Assembly (NCBI GenBank): GCA_964016885.1
Contig: OZ024748.1
Span: 3,286,001 to 3,350,000 of the forward strand
Reading direction: 5' to 3'
DNA: 64,000 nucleotides
Source of the DNA: Eledone cirrhosa
Lineage: Eukaryota
Below the pieces are notes generated by a model that was not told where the DNA came from, searched no databases, and was given only the letters and a program-made list of their open reading frames with translations. The position numbers and the translations under genes are program-made. Positions 13,206 through 24,808 of the stretch are shown here, piece after piece (the stretch's first letter is position 1; every line of letters begins with the position of its first letter).

Positions 13206-14292
13206 AGAATGAGAAATAAAAGAGATAGAAAAATGGAGGAGAGTGAGAAGATGAAGGAATAGGAAAAAAATGTTTCCAAGAAAAAGCATGTGTGTGTTCA
13301 GTCCGCCATTTTTGGGAGAAAGATATGTTATACATATCTTCCTAATAAAAGATTCTGGTTCATTGTATGTGAGGAAAACAGTGAGATAGATCTATTTTAT
13401 CAAGGGCTAATAGTTTAGAGTTACATAACTGCTCTCAATTAGTCAATATATTGATATTATCTTCGTTCATTTCACAAATGATTGTAAAATGAACTAAATA
13501 AGCACTAAACCTGTCTTTAAGTTTTCAATGCTCAACCTATGTCTCCCTTGGTCTACCTCTACTGCAGCTTCCTTCCACTGGGATTTCCTAGAACTTCTTC
13601 ACCCAGCAATCATCATCGATGCACATCAAATGTCTGTACCAAAGCAGTCTTCTCTCTGGCACACCACTTTCTCCCTCAGTTCATTATTATATATATATAT
13701 CAGGATGGATTCAGTTTGAAACTGGTTAGACCATTACTCAACAGAGTACTCAATACTTGGGGTGGTAGAGTATGGTTATATTATAGAGTTGGGGTCATGA
13801 TGGTTAAGCTCTTGACTCTGGAACTAGCTGTTGAAATGACAAGAGCTTAGCCGTTGGGGTCCCAACTCTTTATATATGTTAAATATTTCCGTGGAAAAGG
13901 TAGGGGAAAGAAGAGTGCTCTATGTATTGTACAGAGCTATTTAATTATGTAATAAACAACACAATATAATTATTCCATATATATATATATTATAAATGTA
14001 AGCTATCGCCGTATTTTGAAGAAATTAAAGAAATTATTTAGCCTGATAGTGGGGTTAAGAACCCTCGGAGAAATGGAAAAAGATGAGTACATGGGAGTTG
14101 AACCCACATCTTTGGTTATCCGGACCACTGTGCTACCATTTACACCAACACATCACCCGTCTCTTTCCATTCAAATTAGAAGCTATAAACTTAGCGACTG
14201 TAATGTCAAAGTCAAAATACGGCGATAGCTTATATTTATAATAATTTCAAACCCCCTGTTTCGAAAATAGTCTTACTTAATATATATATATA

Positions 14293-15160
14293 TCACCGAA
14301 TTAGCAGCGGAGGTGGGTGTTCGGAAAGTACAATAACTAGGGTAAGAACGGGATGGAAGAAGTTCAGAGAACTACTACCACTGCTAGCTGCAAAAGGCTT
14401 CTCCCTCAAAATGAAAGGCAGACTGTATGATGCGTCTATCCGAACAGCAATGTTACATGGTAGTGAGACCTGGGACCTGAAGGTGGAAGACTTACGTAGA
14501 TTAGAGAGAAACGAAGCCTGAATGCTCCGATGGATGTGTAACAGTAATATACGCGAACGACAAAGCATAAATGAATTGAGAGAGAGACTGAGCATAAGAG
14601 GAATCAAATGCTGTGTGCAGGAGAGGCGGTTGCGTTGGTATGGACATGTGATGCGTATGAAGGATGACAGCTGCATAAAAAGGTGCAGAGCACTAGAAGT
14701 CTATGGAAACCGCGGAGTGGAGAGACCCAAGATGAGGTGATAAAAGCCGACCTTACCCAATTACACCTCTCAAAGGCGATGACACACAACCGTGACCTCT
14801 GGTGTCACACAGTAATACGGAGTACCCAACCTCCCATGGGTACAAGCTGAAGCATATAGACAATATGCTCCCCACACCCTCCCACTGCAAGGTGGTCGTG
14901 GAGGTGCCATGGCAAAAAAGCATCCAGCCCACACTGTAAAGTGGTCGTGTAGGCGCCACGAAGAAGCACCCAGCACTCACTGTAAATGAGGTTGGTGTTA
15001 GGAAGGGCATCCAACTGTAGAAATCAAGCCAAATCAGTTCCTGTATGAGCAAGACATGGTCAGCCGACTGGACACTGCCCACAACAGGACAACCCGTCTA
15101 ACCCATGCTAGCGTGGAAGAACGGACGTAAAACGGTGATGATGATGATGATGATGATGAT
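14293..15160 (+). mobile_element. 5'-truncated RTE-clade LINE (RT C-terminus, 3' UTR, (GAT)n tail)
   Basis: MLRWMC...[29 protein letters not shown] motif with stops and frameshifts; (TGA)n tail. Confidence 0.9.
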
Positions 15161-15480
15161 TAGAGCGATGGAATTGCAGTGATTCATTCTTGAAGGTCAT
15201 ACGTCACCCAAAAGTTTGTAAACCAAAACTATTTTTCCCATACGAAATGTTAAGAGAGAAATACAATGAGAGAGAGAGAGAGACTGTGTGAAAGACATAT
15301 CACCATAGTAACTAACTATACATACCCCCCACCACAGACAGACACACAATATACACCCCCACCACCCTAGAAGACAATATAGAACCCCCATCCTGGAAGA
15401 CACAATATAACCCCCCCACCCCCAAAAGACACAATATAACCCCCCACACACACACACCAAATATTTATATATTAACCAAC

Positions 15481-15573
15481 CTTTTATTTGTTTCACCTTC
15501 TTTGCCATTTCTTTCTGTTTTTGTCTTTCCAATTTCCGTTGCATCTTCAACTCTGCTGCTTGTTGCGCTGCTT
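15481..15573 (-). CDS. BAZ2B: BAZ2B-like exon, coiled coil
   Basis: TGATGCAG acceptor, GTTGGT donor, 93 nt, phase 1-1. (E)AAQQAAELKMQRKLERQKQKEMAKKVKQIK resembles IARQAAQIKLLRKLQKQEQ. Confidence 0.88.
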
Positions 15574-15822
15574 CTGCATCAAGAAAAGTGCAGCACATAA
15601 GTTAGCATACCAGTAATATACTACAACACTACAACAACATTGTACATAAGTTAGCATACCAGTAATATACTACAACACTACAACAACATTGTACATAAGT
15701 TAGCATACCAGTAATATACTACTACAACAACATTGTTCATTAGTTAAATACCAGTAATATACTACTACAACATATCGATAAACATTGTATATTGTACATA
15801 TTATTGAATGTATTTACAACAG

Positions 15823-15857
<35 letters not shown>

Positions 15858-16024
15858 AGCCCATAACATCCTGTAGTAATTTAGCAGAAGATATGTAATT
15901 AGTGTTATTAATTCAAATGTTTATAGTATCTTTACAAATGGACAGATTGTTGTTAAAATTTGCAGTATTAACTCTTAACATCTCTTCTGAGATATATTTA
16001 TGATTATTTAATGAAAATATTTAC

Positions 16025-16154
16025 CATATTTCTCTTCTTTCCGTTTTTTCTTCAGTGCTAAAGCCTCAGGGTCTAAATCTCTATGTCTCCTTCGATTGAA
16101 TTGTACTTGTGTAAATCTATCAAACACTTCATGCTCGGATAACAAAACATATCC
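16025..16154 (-). CDS. BAZ2B: BAZ2B-like exon following MBD
   Basis: TTTTCAG acceptor, GTAAAT donor, 130 nt, phase 0-1; GYVLLSEHEVFDRFTQVQFNRRRHRDLDPEALALKKKRKEEKY. Confidence 0.88.
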
Positions 16155-16269
16155 CTGAAAACATTACAAATGTGGAAAGGTTTTAAAAATAAAACTTGAA
16201 ATTCAATTTGTTTTTTCTTTTTTAATTTATCTTCAAAATATACATCACCATTGCCATCATCACCACTGT

Positions 16270-16803
16270 TTAACCCTTTAGCATTCAAACTGGCCATATC
16301 TGGCCAGAATTCTCTCACCTTGTTCTATTCAAACTGGCTGTAACTGGCCAGAATTCTCTCACCTCATTCTGTTCAAACTGGCTGTAACTGGCCAGAATTC
16401 TCTCACCTTGTTCTATTCAAACTGGCTGTAACTGGCCAGAATTCTCTCACCTCATTCTGTTCAAACTGGCTGTAACTGGCCAGAATTCTCTCACCTCTTT
16501 CTATTCAAACTGGCTGTAACTGGCCAGAATTCTCTCACCTCATTCTGTTCAAACTGGCTGTAACTGGCCAGAATTCTCTCACCTCATTCTGTTCAAACTG
16601 GCTGTAACTGGCCAGAATTCTCTCACTTCATTCTGTTCAAATTGGCCATAACTGGCCACTCATACTAATGTTAAGGTAGTGTTCACAAAATAAATAATAT
16701 CAAAATCTCATAGATTCGATATTATGTAAGATAATTATGTGAAGTAAAGTGTTTACCGTGAAAATATAATAGTATACAGCCAGTTTAAATGCTAAAAGGT
16801 TAA
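16270..16803. mobile_element. TTAA-flanked (piggyBac-like) MITE with internal 44-bp tandem array
   Basis: TTAA-CCCTTTAGCATTCAAACTGGC ... GCCAGTTTAAATGCTAAAAGG-TTAA termini; about 8 copies of a 44-bp unit at 16287-16660. Related ends at 21691, 25570-25870 and 26340-26534. Confidence 0.75.
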
Positions 16804-16943
16804 ATCATTGAAATACACAACTGATTATGGAAAGACTTAAATTAGATGAGACAGAGTTCAGTTGTATGTCAGGCAGGAGGACTACAGATGCTCTTTTCTT
16901 AGTGTATAATATATGTGATAAAATAAAAATATAGAATCCTTAC

Positions 16944-17045
16944 ATTTTCACCATGACGCTGTTCAAAGAATTCACCAATCGGAGCTTTAGTGCTGAAGGA
17001 AAAGTTCTCTTTGCACAAATCTGTGATACCATTTTTTTCGAGATA
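16944..17045 (-). CDS. BAZ2B: BAZ2B-like exon, MBD/TAM domain C-half
   Basis: TATTCAG acceptor, GTAAGG donor, 102 nt, phase 0-0. YLEKNGITDLCKENFSFSTKAPIGEFFEQRHGEN matches YLSRNG...NFSFSAKIRVGDFYE. Confidence 0.95.
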
Positions 17046-17464
17046 CTGAATAAGATGGTAAAAGGGAAAGAATTAATTACAATAAATAAAATTTAATTCT
17101 ATTACACACACACACATCCGTCTAACCCATGCTAGCGTGCAAGATGGACATTAAACGAAGATGATGATGATGATGATACACACACACATACATACACAGA
17201 GAAAAACACATGAAATAGCTTATGAAAGAACTTATAGAAAAAGAAAATGATGACTTCAGTACAAATAGATCTATATATGTGTATGTATAGACACACACAC
17301 ACACATATAGTTGTTGTATGGTTGCAATTAAATGCGTTTGAGTACTTGATGCTCACGCAGAGCAGAGTATAGTATTATTATAGGTAAAGAGGAATCAGTG
17401 ATGCATCAAAACACAATTTATTAACATATTACATATCGGAAGGAATGCTTTGAAAACGCAAAAC

Positions 17465-17552
17465 ATATCTGAGGAACATGAGAACACAGAGTCAGGTTCG
17501 ATCTGTAACAGATCTTGCTTTGAGCTGATCATCGGAGAAACATATGTAATAT
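17465..17552 (+). ncRNA. Hammerhead motif with long stem II
   Basis: AUAU-CUGAGGA-(about 60 nt containing GAUCUG-UAA-CAGAUC hairpin)-GAAA-CAUAUG-U-A-AUAU; inside inverted repeat 17373-17600. Confidence 0.6.
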
Positions 17553-17610
17553 TTTAATAAATTGGGTTTTGATGCATCACTGATTCCTCGTTATTTATAA
17601 TAATAATAAT

Positions 17611-17699
<89 letters not shown>

Positions 17700-17703
<4 letters not shown>

Positions 17704-18043
17704 CACATGGCTTAGTGGTTAGAGCATTGGCCTTGCAATCAAAAGGTTGGGAGTTCAATTCTCAGACCGGGTGATGTGTTGTTTCCTTGAGCAAGACACT
17801 TTATTTCACATTGCTCCAGTTTACTCAGCTGTAGAAATGAGATGATAGGGACTGGGGTTCCTATCATTCCACTGCAAAGTGGTTGTGGAGGTGCCACGGC
17901 AAAAAAAAGCACCCAGCACTCACTGTAAATGAGGTTGGTGTTAGGAAGGGCATCCAGCTGTAGAAATCAAGCCAGAATCAGTTCCCGTCCCACCCTTGCA
18001 AGCAGGGAAAAAGCGGACGTAAAATGAAATGATGATGAAATGA

Positions 18044-18045
<2 letters not shown>
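17700..18045 (+). mobile_element. CORE-type tRNA SINE with RTE-derived tail (also 54470-54810 +, 56945-57300 -, 63105-63440 -)
   Basis: A-box TGGCTTAGTGG, B-box GAGTTCAATTC, CORE-like ccttgagcaagacactt...ctcagctgtagaaatg, and a 3' part shared with the RTE 3' UTR at 14950-15160. Confidence 0.85.
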
Positions 18046-18098
<53 letters not shown>

Positions 18099-18226
18099 CA
18101 GAGTGGACTAGGTGCATCTTATTGCTGTACTGACACTAGTTACCATATATTATTATGGGTAATTGCTGGCCTTGTGCCAAAAAGTAGAAACAATTATTAC
18201 TATGAAGTATATTTTTTAAAACTTAC

Positions 18227-18405
18227 CCTCATAACATCTGAATATGTACGAAGCTTTTTACCACAAGGTGCATGATACATCACTTCCCCAATGATACCTC
18301 GCTTGCCAATACCTCGAATCTTCGTCTGTCTTTGCCAGCTGTGTTCTAAAGGTATCCGTAATTCTTTTTCATCTATGACGCGGCGTTTCTTCACAGGAGC
18401 AGATG
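18227..18405 (-). CDS. BAZ2B: BAZ2B-like exon, MBD/TAM domain N-half
   Basis: TCTTCAG acceptor, GTAAGT donor, 179 nt, phase 1-0. KKRRVIDEKELRIPLEHSWQRQTKIR...GEVMYHAPCGKKLRTYSDVMR closely matches the BAZ2B MBD (RRVTDERELRIPLEYGWQRETRIR...GEVAYYAPCGKKLRQYPEV). Confidence 0.95.
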
Positions 18406-18926
18406 CTGAAGATAAAGACAAGAATTACAATTTTTAAATTCATTTAATTAATTTATAAATTAGAACAGGTACGCCATATCCTAGAGTGTTGTAAGGCTAT
18501 GTCTACCTAGTTTAGAATAGGTACACTGTATCTCTGAATATGGTAAGATCATGTGTATCCAGTTTAGAATAGATACACTGTATGCCCGAGTGTTGTAAGA
18601 AGCAACTAAAAGGGTTGGCGTCAAGAAGGGGATATCTGGCCATAAAACATTGCTTCTGAAAGTCCCATCCAGCTCATGCCAGCATGGAAAACTTTTACGT
18701 AAAAACAATGATGATGATCAGGCATAGGCAACATTGAGCAGTGGACCACACATGGACCACATCAACTACGGCCCTCAATAAGACAGGCCGCCACATTACT
18801 AAAGAAAAAATTCAAGATAATTTTTCATTAGTTGTGCCATTCAGAAAGCCAAAGAGGCCACAGTTTGCCCCTGACTGCTGTGTAAGATGGTTTGTTATGA
18901 AAAAAAATGGGTAAAGCAATACTTAC

Positions 18927-19079
18927 TTCCAGAGCCATTGCCACTGATATCAGCAGTTCTTTTGTCTCCTGTAGTTAAAGATGTTGAACTGTTCTCACTG
19001 TCACGTGTAGACTGATCATCTTCTGATTCCATACTTTCTGAACAAGATCCACTGTCGGAGCTGTCAGAACTGTCACTTT
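18927..19079 (-). CDS. BAZ2B: BAZ2B-like exon (acidic Ser-rich tract)
   Basis: TTTCTCAG acceptor, GTAAGT donor, 153 nt, phase 1-1; (E)SDSSDSSDSGSCSESMESEDDQ...GNGSG. Not in the ORF track; read by hand. Confidence 0.85.
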
Positions 19080-19114
19080 CTGAGAAACAGAAGAAAACAG
19101 AAGAAAGGTAACAA

Positions 19115-19560
19115 TTTATTGTATAGTCGGCAAATTAGCAAAGTCATTAGAATGTCAGGTAGAAAGTGTTGTGGTACACCCACCTGCCAACAACCCTGAG
19201 TACCTTTTTGATCTCCATGTGTCTAACACACGTGGGCATGCCAGCAAAGTCAGAAAACAGCACAGCTCCCATGACTTTCAGAAACATTTTTTTACGCTCA
19301 GAGTTGCTGAAGCATGGAACAAACTACCTGCGTCAATTGTTAGCTGCCGAGACACTGCATCCTTTAAAACCTCCATGCTTCCCGAAATTCGCCAACACTA
19401 TACCTGATGTCCCCCCTCCATACACATACACACATGTATTTCATGACTCGTACACTGGTCATTTTCCTGACATTTGTACATTATTCTATGTACTATACAT
19501 GCACCTTTGATGAGTTGTAGTGCACCTGAGCACTGTACACAATAATTTCATTATTATTAT
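19115..19560 (+). mobile_element. CR1/L2-clade LINE 3' fragment filling most of a small intron
   Basis: NTRGHASKV...HFFTLRVAEAWNKLPASIV...SFK, the typical CR1/L2 ORF2 C-terminus; (ATT)n tail. Confidence 0.85.
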
Positions 19561-19580
19561 ATCAGAGGGTTCAACCTTAC

Positions 19581-19725
19581 CTGAACCAGAATCAGATTCC
19601 TCATCAGAACTGCTGCTGTTTGAACTGTTCTTATCACTCATTAGTTTATATTTGGCCATAATTACATCATTCTGACCATTGGCTGAGTAACTGCTGGACA
19701 ACACACTACTTTTAGACTCACCATT
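19581..19725 (-). CDS. BAZ2B: BAZ2B-like exon (start of acidic Ser-rich tract)
   Basis: TTTTCAG acceptor, GTAAGG donor, 145 nt, phase 0-1; NGESKSS...SSDEESDSGS. Confidence 0.85.
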
Positions 19726-19804
19726 CTGAAAAAGACAAAAAACATACAATAGAAACTAAATATAATTCACATATAGTATAGATATTGATTAAAAAAACAT
19801 AACC

Positions 19805-19846
<42 letters not shown>

Positions 19847-20027
19847 GAAGAAGAAGAAGAAGAAGAAGAAGAAGAAAGAAAAAGAAGAAAAAGAAAAAGA
19901 AAGAGAAAGAGAAAGAGAAAGAGAAAGAGAAAAAAAAAAGAAAAAAAAAGAAGAAGAAGAAGAAGAAGAAGAAGAAGGAGGAGGAGAAGAAGGAGGAGGA
20001 GGAGAAGAAGAAGGAGGTGACACAAAC

Positions 20028-20186
20028 CTCAGATTTATTTCTTGAACCAGGAACATGAGCAGAGGAAGAGATGGGACTTTTCAAATCAAGAGGCCGATAC
20101 ATGGATAGTTCTTCATTATTGTGATGTACTGGGGCTTTCTTTACCAACTGTAATGGCTTATCATCAGAATTGATGTCTCTCATATC
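20028..20186 (-). CDS. BAZ2B: BAZ2B-like exon
   Basis: GTTTCAG acceptor, GTTTGT donor, 159 nt, phase 0-0; DMRDINSDDKPLQLVKK...RPLDLK...NKSE. Confidence 0.85.
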
Positions 20187-20204
20187 CTGAAACACAAACA
20201 ACAA

Positions 20205-20702
20205 TCTAAACTATAATAAAGTAAGGAGTGCGGGACTGCGTCCAGAATATACTTTTTTATCCCGGTTGTAAAATAAGTTGGATTACTTTGAATAAATAAA
20301 TGAATGAATATTGCATAATTTATCTACTAAATTTCGTTATCCTTGATTAAATATAAATAATTTTGTTGCTTATTTTAAGATTCACTTCTTTAAAATGTTC
20401 AAATGTCAACACTTCCGGTTAGCGATCGCTTAAATAAACATTCATATATTTCCGTCACTAATTTTCTCCTAATGCAGTTTATATATAATATTGTCTTTTT
20501 TTAATGTATCATGGATTACGTTACTGATTACATACGAGAGTGTAACACAGTGTAACACAGTCTTCGTTCAATTTCTGTGTATATTGTCAATTACGATTTT
20601 ATTTGATATATCATATCTACATGCATATATACTTGCGTATAATATCAATATACACACTACACATACTAGCAGAAAACCACCCCAAGGGTGGTTTTCTGCT
20701 AG
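20205..20702 (+). mobile_element. Non-autonomous Helitron
   Basis: Inserted A|TCTAAACTATAATAAA ... hairpin CCACCC-CAA-GGGTGG, 7 nt, CTAG|T: canonical 5' TC, 3' hairpin + CTRR, AT target, no TSD. Confidence 0.7.
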
Positions 20703-21349
20703 TAATAATAATAATGGTGTCTGATTTAGGCATGAGGCCAGCAATTTTAAGGGGAGGGGAAAGTTGATTAAATCGACAAACAGATTTTATTGTTGTCATA
20801 AAATAAACTAATCAAAAGGGCATGGCCTAGTGGATAGGAATTTGAGCCCACAATCATAAGGTTGTGGGTTGGATTCCCAGATTAGGTAGCATATTGTGGC
20901 CTTGAGCAAGATGTTTTATTTCACATTGCTCCACTTCACTGAGGTTAGCCCTGGTAGGGCTAGAGCAGAGGTTCTCAAACTTTTTGGGCTCCTATTTCCA
21001 GAGAGACCTGCCTACATGCAAATTGTAAATAATATATAATAAATAAAATCATCAATTTATATATAATAAATAATATAATATATACTATGTATATAAATAA
21101 ATATTATATATTTTTTATTTTACTATATATATAATATGTATCATCTGATATTTAATATACTATTATATCATCTCTAACCCCCCCCCCCCCCCCCCCCAGT
21201 GCTTCCCTGGACCTTCTCAACGCCTCCGGAGATGAGGGCAGCCTCCACTTTGATGACCTCTGGGTTACAGTTTTGTACTTCCAATTGTTTAACATGGAAC
21301 CAAAATAACTTCCAGACTTCATTCAGTCTATGTAAGCAGCATGGAAGGA

Positions 21350-21380
<31 letters not shown>

Positions 21381-21445
21381 TGTCATATTATTACAAAAAC
21401 AATGATTTCGACAAAACAAATGGTAAAAATAAAAGCTCTACAAAC

Positions 21446-21661
21446 CATGACAGCAGTTGGTAACTGTTTTGGAGGCCGGCCCTTTGCTCGTGGTTGGTGT
21501 AGTTCTGGTTTATAAACAGGGGTCTGAAGTGGAGTTAAGATAGACTTCATCTTCTGTCGAATTTGTTCAGCTAAAAGTTTTTTCTTGGTGTTGTCTATCT
21601 GATGATCAGTAGCAGGAACTTTTTTGAGGTTATGTGATGTGACAGGAGATACATTCTTATC
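21446..21661 (-). CDS. BAZ2B: BAZ2B-like exon with AT-hook (RAKGRPPK)
   Basis: CTTTCAG acceptor, GTTTGT donor, 216 nt, phase 0-0; DKNVSP...KGRPPKQLPTAVM. Confidence 0.85.
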
Positions 21662-21779
21662 CTGAAAGTGGAATCGTACATTAGCCACCATTAATCCTTT
21701 AGCATTTAAACTGGCTGAACCCGGCCAGAATTCTTTCACCTCTTTCTGTCAAACCGTGACAGAAAGAGGTGAAAGAATT

Positions 21780-22129
21780 CTGTGCGTGACTGGTACTTTA
21801 TTTTATTGACTCCGTAAGGATGAAAGGTAAAGCTAATCTCAGCAGGATTTGAACTCAGATTGTAAAGGGCCATAACTATATGCCATAAGACATATTGTCC
21901 AATGCTCTACTGATTCTGCCAATCTAATGCCATAATAATAATTGTTTCTACTTTTGGCACAAGGCCAGCAATTGCCCAGTGTATTACTGGTACTTTATTT
22001 TATCGACCCTATAAGGATGAAAGGCAAAGTTAACCTCGGTGGGATTTGAACTCAGAATGGCAAGGGCCGTAACTCTATGCGTAAAAAGTATGGCGTCCGA
22101 CGCTCTACCGATACTGCCATTCCACCGCC

Positions 22130-22185
<56 letters not shown>

Positions 22186-22370
22186 TGTTTCTACTTTAGG
22201 CACAAGGCCAGCAATTACCCAGTGCATTACTGGTACTTTATTTTATTGACCCCGTAAGGATGAAAGGCAAAGCTTACCTCGGCGCAATTTGAACTCAGAA
22301 TATAAAGGGACATAACTACATGTCACAAAACGTCCGACTCTCTACCTATTCTGCCATCCACCACCATAAC
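21780..22370 (-). mobile_element. Three tandem family-1 SINEs
   Basis: Same consensus as 3795-5470; copies separated by (AAT)n tails. Confidence 0.85.
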
Positions 22371-22608
22371 AATAAAAATATTAATAACAACAACAACAAT
22401 GGCAATGCTGTAGTGTTGGAAGAGAGATTTATTATATGAAGAAGAGGAAGAATAATAATAAGAATCTTTGAATGAGTCATTTATGAGAAATGTAAATCAG
22501 ATTTCTCCCCTCCAGCTAAATTCTATACATGGTTGTAAAATGGAAGATTTCATGCTTAGATTTTTCATTTGCTTAAAATGTCTGATTAATCAAATATTTA
22601 ATTGCTGT

Positions 22609-22658
<50 letters not shown>

Positions 22659-22928
22659 GGCATGAGAGGGAAGGAGAGAGAGAAAGAGGAGAAGAGTGTG
22701 GGAGGGAGAGAGAGAGAGGTGGGTGGGGATATGAGAGAGAGAAAGAGAAGAGAAAGGAGTGGGGCAAAGAGAGGAGAGAGAGAGAAGAGTGAGAGAGAGA
22801 AGAGAGAGAGAGGAGAGAGGAAGGAAAGAAAGAGAAAGGGGAGAAGAAGAGAGGGAGAGAGAGAGAGGGTGTGTGTACATTCAAGATTTTGTTTGGCTCA
22901 GGAGGGGGGTAAAGAGAATGTGTGTGTT

Positions 22929-22959
<31 letters not shown>

Positions 22960-23918
22960 ATGTGTGTGTTTATATATGTATGTATGTATGTATGTATATG
23001 TGTGTGTGTATATATATATATGTGCATGTCTCTATGTATGTATATGAGTGTGTATGTAAGAGTGTGTATGTTCAAAATATTATGGCCAGTTTGTTAAGAC
23101 AGAGAGCAGAGAGATGGTGATTTGTGTGTGTTTATGAGAGGGTGTGTGTGTGTTTATGAGGGTGTGCGTGTGTGTGTTTATGAGAGTGTGTGTGTGTGTG
23201 TGTGAGTAAAAAAAAGAGTTCTTGAACACAATGGAGAGAGGGAGGGGGCTAAATGAGCGAAAAGAGTGAATAAGAGAGAGAGAGTGAATGAGAGAGAGTG
23301 AATGAAAGAGAGAGAGAGAGAAAGTATATACGAAACAAATAGAGAAAGAGGGAGAGTGAAAGAGAGAGGTAGAAGGCAGGAGGGAGAGAGAGAGAGAAAG
23401 AGAGAGAGAGTGAATGAGTGTCAGCGAAACAAAGAGTGAGAAAGAGAGGTAGAGAGAGGGAGGGAGAGAAAGTTAGTGTAAACAAATTTAAAAAATAAAA
23501 TAAAAAAGATATTTCAAAAATATTACATAATAATATAAAACAATAAAATTCAAAACAAACAAAGAGAAAACAAAACAAAAGTGAAGATTTTCCAAAAACA
23601 TTCAATAAAAGATATTTTCATTAAATGTTGAAATAATTGTTTCTACTTTTGGCACAAGGCCAGCAATTACCCAGTGCATTACTGGTACTTTATTTTATCG
23701 ACCCCGTAAGGATGAAAGGCAAAGTCAACCTCGGCGGGATTTGAACTCAGATCGTAAAGGGACGTCACTATGCTGGAAAGCATGGCGTCCGACCCTCTAC
23801 CGATACTGCCATTCCACCGCCCTTAAATGTTGAAATAATGTGACTTTAGTTGAGAGAAAATGTAAGAACGGGTATATATATATATATATACCCGTGTGTA
23901 TATATATATGTGTGTGTA

Positions 23919-23960
<42 letters not shown>

Positions 23961-23968
<8 letters not shown>

Positions 23969-24195
23969 CAAATGGAAACTATATTTATAAAACCATATTT
24001 ATTTCATTATACATATTTCAAGGGCCAGTTTGCTTTGGTGTCCTTGAAATATGTATAATGAAATAAATATGGTTTTATAAATATAGTTTCCATTTGTTAA
24101 TATATTGTATTTTTACTTCAATAATTTGTTGAGTGCTTTATATCAGTTCTAAAAATATTTTGCTTGTTGTATCCCAACAAATTAAATATAACCTC

Positions 24196-24198
<3 letters not shown>
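23961..24198 (+). mobile_element. Fold-back PLE-like fragment, same family as 57901-58099
   Basis: Arms 23961-24023 and 24042-24104 plus a tail similar to 57960-58099; retains only the GAAA half of the hammerhead; (TA)n on both sides. Confidence 0.75.
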
Positions 24199-24267
<69 letters not shown>

Positions 24268-24472
24268 AAAATGTATGACCCCGACGGCAGAGCTCAAGCC
24301 GTACCGACGGCAATTTTTGGACTAGTAGTTCTGGTAGTCCATAAATAGCCGTCGAAACGGCTTGAGCTCTGCCGTCGGGATCATACTTTTTCCTATTTCC
24401 CACTCTACTACCCTAAGTATTGAGTACTATGGTGCGTTATGGTCCATCTGGTTCCTTACCAAAATTCCTTTG

Positions 24473-24517
<45 letters not shown>

Positions 24518-24526
24518 TACACACTC

Positions 24527-24559
<33 letters not shown>

Positions 24560-24582
24560 TATATATATACACACATATATAT

Positions 24583-24614
<32 letters not shown>

Positions 24615-24773
24615 GCACATACACACATATATGTGTGTATGACTCCTGGGTTCAATTGGGAGTAACAACAGTAAGGTACTCAATACATTAGTGGAGTGTA
24701 AACATCAAATTTAATATAGAAATGGCTTCTACAGGACTAGAACTGTTTCATTGGAAGGAAATCATCAGGAAAG

Positions 24774-24808
<35 letters not shown>

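Noticed and set aside
14084-14154. Functional tRNA gene
   Set aside because: Acceptor stem imperfect and anticodon loop non-canonical; treated as a tRNA-derived element.
24735-24775. Minus-strand CUGAUGA...GAAA hammerhead-like motif
   Set aside because: Stems I and II do not pair convincingly; at best a decayed copy.
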